64,000 nt of DNA, from positions 6,240,001 through 6,304,000 of the forward strand of contig CAWAIF010000003.1 in NCBI GenBank assembly GCA_963782055.1, read 5' to 3'. This document shows positions 38,061 through 47,133 of this stretch, one piece after another (the stretch's first letter is position 1; each line of letters starts with the position of its first letter). Below the pieces are notes generated by a model that was not told the origin of the DNA, searched no databases, and was given only the letters and a program-made list of their open reading frames with translations. The stretch is from an uncultured delta proteobacterium (GTDB taxonomy: Bacteria > Myxococcota_A > Polyangia > Polyangiales > Polyangiaceae). The translations under genes and the position numbers were made by a program.

Positions 38061-39226
38061 GACTCCCCCCTCGCGGGAGGGGCGGCCATCGCCACCTCGG
38101 CGAGCGCGGGCGAGGGCGTCGGCGAGGCGCCCGAGGGGACGGGCCTGGCCCGGAGCAGGCGCCGGCGCAGCCTGGCCGCGGGCTTCTCCACCAGCTCGTG
38201 AATGAGCCAGGCGATCGCCGCCGAGATGGCGAGCGCGACGAGGGTGCGCGCGATCGGGTGCGTCGGGAGCACCGGCCGCAGGCCCTCCAGCACCACGTGG
38301 TGGACCAGGTAGAGCGAGTACGAGAGCACGCCGACGAAGGCGAGCAGGCGCGTGTTGAGCACCCGCATCGGAGCCCAGGTGGGGAAGCGCATCGCGACGA
38401 TGAAGAGCGGGTAGAGCGCCACGCCCTGGAGCGAGTAGCGGAAGGTCTCCCGGAAGCCGGGGTCGCGCAGGACGAAGGAGACGAGCAGCATGGCCGCCCC
38501 GATCGGCAGCATCACCCACTTCCACACCCGCGCGGAGAGGCGCGACGGGCCGTCGAGCATCGGGTTGCCGTGGACCGCCAGGGCGCAGCCGAAGAGGATG
38601 GAGTCGACCCGCGTGTCGCTCGCGACGTACGTGCGGTTCGGGGGCGAGTTCATCCCGTAGACGAGGACACATCGCCACGCGAGCACCAGCACGCAGAGCG
38701 TCCAGAGCACCACCGCCTGCCGGCGCCCGCCCTTCACGAAGCGGCGGAGCAAGAGGTACACGCACGGGAAGATCAGGTAGAAGTGCTCCTCCACCGCGAG
38801 CGACCAGTAGACGCCGGTGCCGGCGGGCTGGCCGTCGTAGCCGTGCCGGACGATCCAGTAGTTGGCCATGTGGAGCGTCTGCGCCGCCACCGCCTCCGGC
38901 TGGTAGCCGCCCGCGATCAGCCCGACGGTCGCCGCCAGCACCGCGAGGGCGAGCACCACGTAGAAGGGCGGCAGGATACGCAGCACGCGCCGCAGGTAGA
39001 ACCGGCGCAGGCTGCAGGTGCCGTGCGCGTCATGCTCGATGCGCAGCAGCGTCGTGATGAGGTAGCCGCTCAGGAAGAAGAAGACGGTGACGCCGAACCC
39101 GCCCGGCACGACCCAGTACAGCCCCGCGTGCGCCGCGAACACGGTGAGGAACGCCACCGCACGGATCCCGTCGAGCGACGGAACGTGGAAGGCCTCCGGT
39201 CGGGGGGACGGAGCGCGTGAAGTCAC
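38057..39226 (-). CDS. Acyltransferase-3 family membrane O-acyltransferase
   Basis: LDGIRAVA, FFFLSGYLIT, WSLAVEEHFY, SYSLYLVH. Confidence 0.92.
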   Translation of the reverse strand: MTSRAPSPRPEAFHVPSLDGIRAVAFLTVFAAHAGLYWVVPGGFGVTVFFFLSGYLITTLLRIEHDAHGTCSLRRFYLRRVLRILPPFYVVLALAVLAATVGLIAGGYQPEAVAAQTLHMANYWIVRHGYDGQPAGTGVYWSLAVEEHFYLIFPCVYLLLRRFVKGGRRQAVVLWTLCVLVLAWRCVLVYGMNSPPNRTYVASDTRVDSILFGCALAVHGNPMLDGPSRLSARVWKWVMLPIGAAMLLVSFVLRDPGFRETFRYSLQGVALYPLFIVAMRFPTWAPMRVLNTRLLAFVGVLSYSLYLVHHVVLEGLRPVLPTHPIARTLVALAISAAIAWLIHELVEKPAARLRRRLLRARPVPSGASPTPSPALAEVAMAAPPARGES

Positions 39227-40776
39227 TGGACATCGGGCTCCGGCAAGCGGGGCAGCTCGATCTCCGCGACGATGGGGCGGTCGAGCAGCCGCTCGAGCTG
39301 CCAGCGTTCCACCAGCCGTCCCCGGCGCAGGTCGGCGATCACCGCCAGCACGAGGGAGACGGCGGCCGCGGCGAGCACCCCCGCGAAGATCACCAGGGGC
39401 GCCTTCGGCTTCACCGGCTTGCGCGGCAGGTGCGCGGGCTGCACGACGGAGTAGCGGTACTTGAAGGCGGCCTTGGCGGTGTCCAGGTCGATCTGCGCCG
39501 TCTGGATGTGCGTGCGGAGCGTGGCGTAGTTGGTCATCGCCTCGCGGAGCTGGCCGCGCGCGTAGACCATGTCCGGGTCGCGGTCCTCACGAAGCTGCAG
39601 GTCCAGGCCGAGGATGTTGTCTGCGAGCGGCCGCGGCGTGGCCGGGGCGGCGCTCACCGGAGCGGGCACGTAGCGCGGGGCCGGCCGCACGCGGCCCGGC
39701 GGGTCGGCGGCGCTCGACTCTCCCCTCTTGTACTCGTCCTGCAGGCCGGCAATCTCGGTCCGGAGCGACTTCACCTGGGGCGAGTCCCCCGACACCGACG
39801 CGACGGCCTGCTCCAGGTCCACCACGGCGGGGTGGTTCTGCGTGTAGAGCGTGCGTGCGTCCGCGAGGCGCGACTGCAGCTCGGAGAGCCGGTGGTGGCG
39901 GAAGTCCTCCAGGTCGGAGAGCGTGCGCTGCTTGGCCTCGATGCGGGCCTTGAGGGCGACGCGCGCTGCGGTCTCGGCGGGGGGCGGCGCCTCGACTCGC
40001 CGCGGCGCGACGACCATGCGCGGCGCCGGGGCGGGCGTCGGCGTCCTGTCAGCGCCCGCCGGACGGGGCGGCGAGTCCTTGGCCGCTCGCAGCTTGTCGA
40101 TGGCGCTCACGGCGGTGTCCACCTCGGTCTTGGCGCTGGTGGCGTGCGACTGCAGGATGGCGATGGACTCGGAGAGGGCGGTGACCTCGTCGGCGTAGCG
40201 CGCCTCCAGGTAGTTCTGCTGGGCGGCGTCGATGATGCGGCAGGCCATGTGTGGGTCGGGCCAGTTGATGGCGATGGTGACGGTGTTGCCCCCGTCGTCG
40301 GTCCAGACCGAGAGGCGCTTCTCCAGCAGCTTGACCATGTCCTCCACGCGGTCGTCGGCGGTCTCCTTGTCGGCGCCAAACAGGCCGACGATGGCGTTGC
40401 GCGCGCGCTGCGACGGTGCGAGGTGCGCCTGGTAGTGCTCCACCAGGTTCGTCTGGTGGATGAGGGCGACGAGGCTGTCGTGACGGAGGATCGTCTCGGC
40501 GGCGGTGCCGGTGAGGGCGGTGTTGTTCCCCTCCGAGTCGCCGCGCACGGTCAGGGCGGGGTTCTTGTGCGCGAGGACCTTGGCCTGCACGTGGTAGGTC
40601 TTGGGCAGCGAGTAGAGCGCGCCCACCGTCGCGCCGACAATCGTCAGGAAGACGAGGAGGGCCATGAGCCGGTGCCGGCGCATGGAGCCCTTGAGGAACG
40701 TGTAGTAGTTGCGGGCCTGCTTGCGGTCGAAGATGGGCTCGCTCTCGATGTCATTCGCGTCGTCGGCGGAGTGCAT
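39223..40776 (-). CDS. Polysaccharide co-polymerase (Wzc/GumC-like, no kinase domain)
   Basis: Two TM helices flanking a coiled-coil periplasmic domain, YTQNHPAV, Pro-rich PRKPVKP before TM2; RBS GAGGA. Confidence 0.85.
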   Translation of the reverse strand: MHSADDANDIESEPIFDRKQARNYYTFLKGSMRRHRLMALLVFLTIVGATVGALYSLPKTYHVQAKVLAHKNPALTVRGDSEGNNTALTGTAAETILRHDSLVALIHQTNLVEHYQAHLAPSQRARNAIVGLFGADKETADDRVEDMVKLLEKRLSVWTDDGGNTVTIAINWPDPHMACRIIDAAQQNYLEARYADEVTALSESIAILQSHATSAKTEVDTAVSAIDKLRAAKDSPPRPAGADRTPTPAPAPRMVVAPRRVEAPPPAETAARVALKARIEAKQRTLSDLEDFRHHRLSELQSRLADARTLYTQNHPAVVDLEQAVASVSGDSPQVKSLRTEIAGLQDEYKRGESSAADPPGRVRPAPRYVPAPVSAAPATPRPLADNILGLDLQLREDRDPDMVYARGQLREAMTNYATLRTHIQTAQIDLDTAKAAFKYRYSVVQPAHLPRKPVKPKAPLVIFAGVLAAAAVSLVLAVIADLRRGRLVERWQLERLLDRPIVAEIELPRLPEPDVQ

Positions 40777-40801
40777 GTGGGATCCTCGTTGGAGGACACA
40801 A

Positions 40802-40817
40802 AGCATGGGCCGTTCCA
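40802..40817 (-). promoter_or_regulatory. sigma54 -24/-12 promoter of right EPS operon
   Basis: Minus strand TGGAACGGCCCATGCT (GG-N10-GC). Confidence 0.6.
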
Positions 40818-40854
40818 CCAGCCCGGCCGTCGCCCCGCGCAGGCCGGCTGGTTT

Positions 40855-40865
40855 GCGAAATGCCA
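40855..40865. promoter_or_regulatory. Candidate enhancer GCGAAATGCCA (copy 2)
   Basis: Identical to 22946-22956; variant GCAAAATGCAA at 41023-41033. Confidence 0.5.
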
Positions 40866-41047
40866 CTCAACCTGCCGGGCGCTCGTGCCCTCGCCGACGC
40901 CGACAGCCGCCGCCGGCCCCCTCCCGAGCCGCCTCCGGCGCGATCCCTCTGCGGCTCCGGCGCGGACAATGCGCGAGCCGGTCGCGCCACTGGCCCACTT
41001 TCCCCTGTCTCGCGCGCGGAACGCAAAATGCAACCCGCAATGGCTCG

Positions 41048-42052
41048 ATGCCCCTGGACAACGCCTCCACTCGCGAAGTGCCCGGCGACCGCCGGTTCCT
41101 GCCACCGGTACCCGACGCGGAGCTCGTCGCCCACAGCCCGTCGATGCGCGCGCTCGTCGAGATCCTCGTACGGGTGGCCGCCTCCTCTGCCCCGGTGGTC
41201 ATCGTCGGGGAGGTGGGCGTCGGCAAGACGCGCGTCGCGCGCGCCATTCACGCGCGGAGCGCCCGCGGCGCCGGGCCGTTCGTGTGCCTGTCGGCGACGT
41301 CGGCCCCGGAGCCGCTGCTGGAGAGCGAGCTCGTCGGACACGTGCGCGGCGCCTTCGGCGCGGCGACGGAGGACCGCCCGGGCCTGGTCGCCCGCGCCGA
41401 CGGCGGCACGCTGCTCCTGGATGAGCTCGGGGAGATCCCGCGCGCGGTGCAGTCCAGGCTCGTCGCCGTGCTGCGCGACGGCCAGGTACGCCCCGTCGGC
41501 GCCGACGCCGTGCGCGACGTGGACGTGCGGTTCATCGCCACCACGCGGGACGACCTGGACGCCCTGGTGCGCGAGGGTCGCCTCCACCCGGACCTGCGCT
41601 ACCGGCTGAACGTGGTGACCCTCGTCGTCCCCCCGCTGCGCGAGCGGCGCGAGGACCTCCCCGCGCTGGCGCGACGCTTCCTGGAGGAGGCCCGCCTTCG
41701 CGCGCCCGCCTCCCCCGTGGTGGACATCGACGACGAGGCGATGGCCGCGCTCGTGCAGGCGCCGTGGCCGGGCAACGTGCGCGAGCTCGGGAGCACGATC
41801 GAGCGACTCGTCGTCCTCGGCGCGGGCCCCACGGTGCGCGTGGAGGACCTGGCCTTCCTGGAGGCCGCAGGCGACCACCCCTGGCCCATCGCGCAGAGCG
41901 GCCTCTGCACGCTGCGGGAGATGAACCAGCGATACCTGGACTGGGTCCTCTCGCAGACGGGGGGAAACAAGGAGCGCGCGGCGAAGATCCTGGGCATCGA
42001 CCTCTCGACGCTCTACCGCTGGCGCCGCTCCGGGAAATACAGGACCGCCTGA
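41048..42052 (+). CDS. sigma54-interacting AAA+/Fis-HTH regulator without sensor domain, degenerate GAFTGA
   Basis: GEVGVGKT, ESELVGHVRGAFGAA, LLDELGE, WPGNVREL, AAKILGIDLSTLYR. Confidence 0.88.
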   Translation: MPLDNASTREVPGDRRFLPPVPDAELVAHSPSMRALVEILVRVAASSAPVVIVGEVGVGKTRVARAIHARSARGAGPFVCLSATSAPEPLLESELVGHVRGAFGAATEDRPGLVARADGGTLLLDELGEIPRAVQSRLVAVLRDGQVRPVGADAVRDVDVRFIATTRDDLDALVREGRLHPDLRYRLNVVTLVVPPLRERREDLPALARRFLEEARLRAPASPVVDIDDEAMAALVQAPWPGNVRELGSTIERLVVLGAGPTVRVEDLAFLEAAGDHPWPIAQSGLCTLREMNQRYLDWVLSQTGGNKERAAKILGIDLSTLYRWRRSGKYRTA

Positions 42053-42060
42053 TGGGCGGA

Positions 42061-42143
42061 CTCCCGTGCCCGTGCCCGTGACCCCCGCACGCCGATCGTC
42101 CCGGGGGACGCGTACGGGCGCGGGCGCGGGCACGCGTACGGAG
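42061..42143. repeat. GC-rich imperfect palindromic intergenic element between convergent genes
   Basis: CCCGTGCCCGTGCCCGTG arm can pair with TACGGGCGCGGGCGCGGGCACG; REP-like element or terminator hairpin. Confidence 0.5.
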
Positions 42144-42151
42144 TTCTCGCG

Positions 42152-42403
42152 TCAGGAGGCGGCGCCCTGCTGTCTGGAGACGTAGGCCGCCATCCGCGCG
42201 ATGGAGTCCAGGTTGTCGGGGAGGATGTCCTCATCGGCCACCACGATGCCGAAGTCCTGCTCGAGGAAGGCGACGACCTCGAGCACGCCGGTGGAGTCGA
42301 TGACGCCGGTCTCGATGAGAGACGCCTCGTCGTCGAGCTGCGAGAGCTCGGCCACGTAGAAATTGTGTGCGATGAATTCCCTGATTTGCTCTTTGGTTTC
42401 CAT
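42152..42403 (-). CDS. Acyl carrier protein
   Basis: 83 aa, acidic, GVIDSTG phosphopantetheine serine. Confidence 0.9.
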   Translation of the reverse strand: METKEQIREFIAHNFYVAELSQLDDEASLIETGVIDSTGVLEVVAFLEQDFGIVVADEDILPDNLDSIARMAAYVSRQQGAAS

Positions 42404-42441
42404 GTTCCCAGTCCGTGTGAGAGGCAGCGCGGCCCTGTTCT

Positions 42442-44019
42442 TCATTTCAGTCCGGTCTTCTTGATCTTCCCGGTCGAAGTCTTGGGGAGCTCGGCGATGA
42501 GCTCGACCGTCTTGGGCACCATGAAGCTCTCCAGGCGCCGCGCGCACTCGCGCAGGATGTCCCGCTCGCCGAGGTCCGCGCCTTGCTCCAGCACCACGAA
42601 CGCCTTGACGGCCTCGCCGAGGATCGGGTCGGGCACGCCGATGACGGCCGCCTCCTTGATGCCCGGGATGTCGACGATGGCGCTCTCGACCTCCTTGGGC
42701 GCGACCTTCTCCCCGCGCGACTTGATGATGTCGTCCATGCGGCCGACGAAGTAGAGGTAGCCCTCCTCGTCCAGCTTGCAGTAGTCGCCGGTGTAGAGCA
42801 CCTGCTCGCCCGGCAGCGGGCCGGGGCGGAGCTTCTTCGCCGTCTCCTCCGGCTTCTCCCAGTACCCGCGCATGACGGTGGCGCCGCGGATGACGAGCTG
42901 ACCCACCACGCCGGGGCCGACCGGTCTGTCGTTCTCGTCGACGACCCACAGCTCGGTGTTGGGGATGGCCACGCCCACGCTCGTCGGCTTGCGCTCCAAA
43001 TCCTCCGGCGGCAGGTACGTGCACCGCTTGCACTCGGTGAGCCCGTACATCGAGTAGATGCGCGCCTGCGGGAAGAGGTCGCGCAGCATGGTGATGTGCT
43101 TGACCGGCAGCGCCGCGGCGGTGTTGGTCACGTAGCGGATGGAGGAGAAGTCGTGGGCCGAGAGGGTCTTCAGCTCGGCCAGGATGGCGAAGATGGTGGG
43201 CACCCCTGGGAAGCCGGTGACCTGCTCTTCCACGACGCGCTTGAGGACCTCCGCCGGGTAGGTGAAGGAGCGCTCGAGCACCAGCCGCGCGCCCACCTTG
43301 AAGGCCATGATCATCTGGTAGAGGCCGTAGTCGAAGGCGAGCGGGAGCACGTTCAGGATGACGTCGTCCTCCACGTTCCGGATGTAGGTGGTGATGGACG
43401 TCGCCGCGGTGAGCATGTTGCGGTGCGTGAGCATCACGCCCTTCGGGTCGCCCGTGCTGCCGGAGGTGTAGATGATCGCCGCCAGGTCGACGTCGATCGC
43501 GCGGCGCGGGGGCGGCGCGCTCCCCTCCCCCTCCCCCAGGGCGTCGTCCAGCGAGACGACGCCGCGCACGCCCTCCAGGCCGCGCGCGCCGGAGAGCCCC
43601 GCCACCACCACCGCGCGAAGGTGCTCCGACGCGGCAGCCGCCGGCGCGAAGACCGGTCCGAGACGCGCGTCGGTGACGAGCGCGGCGGCCCGGCAGTCGG
43701 AGAGCAGGTAGGCGAGCTTGTCGGTCTTGGTCTGCGGGTTGACCATCGAGACCACGCCGCCGGCCTTGAGCACCGCCCAGAAGGCGACGACGGCCTCCAC
43801 CGAGTTGTCCAGGAAGACGACGACGCGGTCCCCGCGCTCGACGCCGCGCCGCACCAGCGCGTGAGCCAGGGCGTTGGCGCGCGCGTCCAGCTCGGCGTAG
43901 GTGGCGCGCTCGCCCCGGCACACCAGGGCGACCTTCTCCGGCAGCCGGCGTGCGGACTCGGTCAGGTAGTCGTGGAGCAGCGCGACCGCGCGCTCGTGGC
44001 CGGGAGTCGGTGTGTTCAT
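42442..44019 (-). CDS. AMP-binding acyl-CoA/acyl-ACP ligase
   Basis: YTSGSTGDPKG, FDYG, MYGLTEC, TGD, GKI. Confidence 0.92.
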   Translation of the reverse strand: MNTPTPGHERAVALLHDYLTESARRLPEKVALVCRGERATYAELDARANALAHALVRRGVERGDRVVVFLDNSVEAVVAFWAVLKAGGVVSMVNPQTKTDKLAYLLSDCRAAALVTDARLGPVFAPAAAASEHLRAVVVAGLSGARGLEGVRGVVSLDDALGEGEGSAPPPRRAIDVDLAAIIYTSGSTGDPKGVMLTHRNMLTAATSITTYIRNVEDDVILNVLPLAFDYGLYQMIMAFKVGARLVLERSFTYPAEVLKRVVEEQVTGFPGVPTIFAILAELKTLSAHDFSSIRYVTNTAAALPVKHITMLRDLFPQARIYSMYGLTECKRCTYLPPEDLERKPTSVGVAIPNTELWVVDENDRPVGPGVVGQLVIRGATVMRGYWEKPEETAKKLRPGPLPGEQVLYTGDYCKLDEEGYLYFVGRMDDIIKSRGEKVAPKEVESAIVDIPGIKEAAVIGVPDPILGEAVKAFVVLEQGADLGERDILRECARRLESFMVPKTVELIAELPKTSTGKIKKTGLK

Positions 44020-46013
44020 GGCGATGATACCCTCTCGATCAGGGTCCTCGGCGTGGCGACGGCCGTCTCCGGCGCGTCGTGGACGAAGTGCTCGTGGAGC
44101 AGCTGGGTGGAGAGCACGCCCACCACCGCCATGTTGTCGGCGTTGGAGAAGGGCGTCCCGCCGCCGTGCTCGCGGAGCTTCTGCCGGAGCCGTGCGACGG
44201 CTCGCGGGTCGAAGACGCCGGCACGCGCCACCGATCGCTCGCTGATCGCCTCGGAGACCCACGCCGCGGTGTGCGGCCCGGCGAAGGCGAGGGCATCGGG
44301 GGCGCGGTACGGCTGCTTCTTCCGCGCCACGATGGACGGCGGGACGAGCTCGCGGGCCACTTCCTTGAGGACGTGCTTCTCGTCGAGCACGTTCAGCTTG
44401 AAGCGGTCCGGCAGGGAGTGGGCGAGGGCGACGACCTCCTTGTCGAGGAAGGGGAACCGCCCCTCGACGGAGTGGGCCATCAGCATCCGGTCGCCCTGCG
44501 ACGCGAGGATGTAACCGGCGAGCAGCGTGCGCAGCTCGAAGTACTGGTCCTGGGCGAGCGGCGTCCAGCCCTGAAGCTCCGGCGGGAGCGAGGCGAGCAG
44601 CTCGCCGATGGCGTCGCGCCCCCCGAGCAGCGCGCGCATGTCCGGCGAGAAGAGCCGCTTGAGCGCGGAGGTGGTGCGCCAGCGCAGCTCGTGACCGAAG
44701 CCGGGCTCGCCGGCGCGCCCGAGGTTCCGGCCGAAGAACTGCCGCGCCATGGTGTGCTGCGCGACGGGCGAGCGGGCGAGGTACGGGTAGAGGCGCTCCA
44801 GCAGGCGCGGGCGCATCGCCGATTCGGGGTGCCGCGACCAGAAGCGCCGCACCCTCGCCTCGCGGAACAGGTCGTAGCCGGCGAACATCTCGTCGGCGCC
44901 CTCGCCGGTGAGCACCACCTTGATCCCGGCGTCGCGCACCAGCCGCGAGAGCAGCATCATGGGCGCGGGCGCGGTGCGCAGGATGGGCCGCTCGGTGTGG
45001 GCGACCACGTCCGGAAAGACGTCCACCACGTCGCGGGCGGTGACGACCACCTCGTGGTGCTCGCTCCCGATGGCGCGCGCCATCTCCCGCTGGTAGCCCG
45101 TCTCGTCGTACTCGGCGTCCTCGAAGCGCAGCGAGAAGGTGGCGAAGCCGGGCCCCTGCGCCCGAAGCCCGAGGGCCGCCACCAGCGAGCTGTCCAGCCC
45201 GCCGGAGAGGTAGCTCCCCACCGGGACGTCGGCGCGGAGCATCCGCAGGCGCGTGGCGCGCTCCAGCGCCTCGCGCACCGCGTGCGTGGCGTCGGCGAAG
45301 CTCCCGCGGAAGCTCCCCTCCTCGCCGGCGGGGAAGGCCGGCGGCGACGGCGCGCGCGAGACGACGCCGCCCGGGCCGTACGTCCGCACCTCCCCGGGCA
45401 ACAGCTCGCTCACCCCGACGAAGACCGACTGCGGCGGGACCACCGACCAGAAGGTGAACGTCTGATCGAGCCCCTCCGGGTCGAGCTCCCGCGGGATGCT
45501 GCGGTCGGCGGCGAAGATGGCCTTCACCTCGCTGGCGAAGTACAGGCGCCCGGCGTGCTCGCACACGTAGAGCGGGCGGATCCCGTGCGTGTCGCGCGCG
45601 AGGACGAGCGCGCGGCGCGGCGCGTCCCAGATGGCGACGGCGTACTGCCCGTTGAAGCGCGCGAACGCGTCGTCTCCCCACTCCTCGTAGGCGTGGACGA
45701 TGACCTCGGTGTCGCTGCGGGTGCAAAAGACGTGGCCCAGCCGCTCCAGCTCGTCGCGCAGCTCCACGTAGTCGTAGATCTCGCCGTTGAAGACGACCTG
45801 CACCGACCCGTCCTCGTTGCCGAGCGGCTGCTGCCCGGTGGCGAGGTCGACGATGGAGAGTCGCGTGTGCGCGAGCCCCACCCGCCCGTCGCGATACACG
45901 CCCGACTCGTCCGGGCCGCGGTGCCGCAGGGCGGCGGCCATGCGAAGCAGCTCCTCGCGCGAGGGAGGTCGCGCGGCTTCGGAGCGCACCAGGATACCGG
46001 CGATGCCGCACAT
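44016..46013 (-). CDS. asnB: Asparagine synthase (glutamine-hydrolysing) family amidotransferase
   Basis: MCGIAG, HRGPD, FNGEIY, LSGGLDSS, TGEGADE. Confidence 0.92.
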   Translation of the reverse strand: MCGIAGILVRSEAARPPSREELLRMAAALRHRGPDESGVYRDGRVGLAHTRLSIVDLATGQQPLGNEDGSVQVVFNGEIYDYVELRDELERLGHVFCTRSDTEVIVHAYEEWGDDAFARFNGQYAVAIWDAPRRALVLARDTHGIRPLYVCEHAGRLYFASEVKAIFAADRSIPRELDPEGLDQTFTFWSVVPPQSVFVGVSELLPGEVRTYGPGGVVSRAPSPPAFPAGEEGSFRGSFADATHAVREALERATRLRMLRADVPVGSYLSGGLDSSLVAALGLRAQGPGFATFSLRFEDAEYDETGYQREMARAIGSEHHEVVVTARDVVDVFPDVVAHTERPILRTAPAPMMLLSRLVRDAGIKVVLTGEGADEMFAGYDLFREARVRRFWSRHPESAMRPRLLERLYPYLARSPVAQHTMARQFFGRNLGRAGEPGFGHELRWRTTSALKRLFSPDMRALLGGRDAIGELLASLPPELQGWTPLAQDQYFELRTLLAGYILASQGDRMLMAHSVEGRFPFLDKEVVALAHSLPDRFKLNVLDEKHVLKEVARELVPPSIVARKKQPYRAPDALAFAGPHTAAWVSEAISERSVARAGVFDPRAVARLRQKLREHGGGTPFSNADNMAVVGVLSTQLLHEHFVHDAPETAVATPRTLIERVSSP

Positions 46014-46015
46014 GG

Positions 46016-46990
46016 TCAGTGCTCCTCCACCGGCTGGGCGAAGAGGGGCTGCACGTGGAGGTACCGCGTGGCGCGTCGTTTCGCCTCGATGTCCCGGTAT
46101 ACCCGCTCCACCTGCGAGGCGCTCAGGTCCACCACCGGGGCCACCTCGCTCGACGGCACGTCGTGGTCGTGGGCGTACAGGCACAGGTCCATCCGCCGGT
46201 AGTCGACGGAGAAGTAGAACTCCTCCTGCGTCTGCTCCAGGGAGTAGGTGTCGGTGGTGGGCGGCCGGCTGGTGATCTCGCGCGGGATGCCGAGGTGGTC
46301 GGCCAGCGCGTAGACCTGCGTCTTGTACAGGTGGGCGATGGGCTTGAAGTCCGCGGCGCCGTCACCCTGCTTCACGAAGAACCCCTGGTCGTACTCCAGG
46401 CGGTTGGGCGTCCCCGCCACGGCGTAGCGGAGGCGGTCGGCGTGGTAGTACTCCACCATCTTGCGCACCCGCTGCTTGAAGTTGGTGGCGGCGACGAGCT
46501 TCAGGTACGCGGCGGGGGACATCCGCGCGGTGCGGCGCTCACCGTCGGGGCTCTCCACCGTGAGCATGGAGACGTTCAGGCGGTCGCCCTCCAGGATGGA
46601 GGGCAGGGTGATCTTGCACTTCCAGTCCTCGCCGTAGTCGGGGAACACGGTGCGGATGGCCTCCACCTGCCGCGCGTAGCAGCCGATGCCCGCGAGCGCG
46701 GGGGCGATGTCCTCCACCTCGGTGGCGATCCCCAGCGTGCCGGCGACGAGCCGACCGAGGCGCAGGGCGTCGTCGGAGGAGTCGCGCTCCGGCATGAAGA
46801 GGCCGAACACCCGCTCCGGGCCGAGCGCCTTCACGCAGAGGGCAGCCACCACCGAGCTGTCCACTCCCCCCGACAGGCCGAGGACCGCGCCCCGGCGCCG
46901 GAGGGTCTCCATGACCTGGACGCGGATGGTGCGCTGCAGGCTCTCGGTGAGCGCCGCGGGATCGATGTGAAGGACGTCTCTGGAGAACAT
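46016..46990 (-). CDS. NAD(+) synthase-like ATP pyrophosphatase (NadE paralog)
   Basis: LSGGVDSS, NFKQRVR, GFFVKQGDG, LYKTQV, PTTDT. Confidence 0.85.
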   Translation of the reverse strand: MFSRDVLHIDPAALTESLQRTIRVQVMETLRRRGAVLGLSGGVDSSVVAALCVKALGPERVFGLFMPERDSSDDALRLGRLVAGTLGIATEVEDIAPALAGIGCYARQVEAIRTVFPDYGEDWKCKITLPSILEGDRLNVSMLTVESPDGERRTARMSPAAYLKLVAATNFKQRVRKMVEYYHADRLRYAVAGTPNRLEYDQGFFVKQGDGAADFKPIAHLYKTQVYALADHLGIPREITSRPPTTDTYSLEQTQEEFYFSVDYRRMDLCLYAHDHDVPSSEVAPVVDLSASQVERVYRDIEAKRRATRYLHVQPLFAQPVEEH

Positions 46991-47133
46991 GGGGACCTGC
47001 AGGGGCTGCGCGTGGCGGCAGGATTTTTCGCGTCCGCCGCCAGCGGGTTCAAGGGGAGAGGCCCCCGTGCGGCGGCACCAAGGCCTCGAACCGAACGCCG
47101 ACTCGAGGAATGTGGATTGCACGGACGGGGGGC

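Noticed and set aside
42442..46011. 1189-aa ORF as AsnB-ligase fusion
   Set aside because: The upstream part is an off-frame reading of asnB; the ligase has its own ATG at 44019.
47106..47121. sigma54-like AGGAATGTGGATTGCA before the acyltransferase
   Set aside because: Spacing fits but the -24 element is poor; not enough support.
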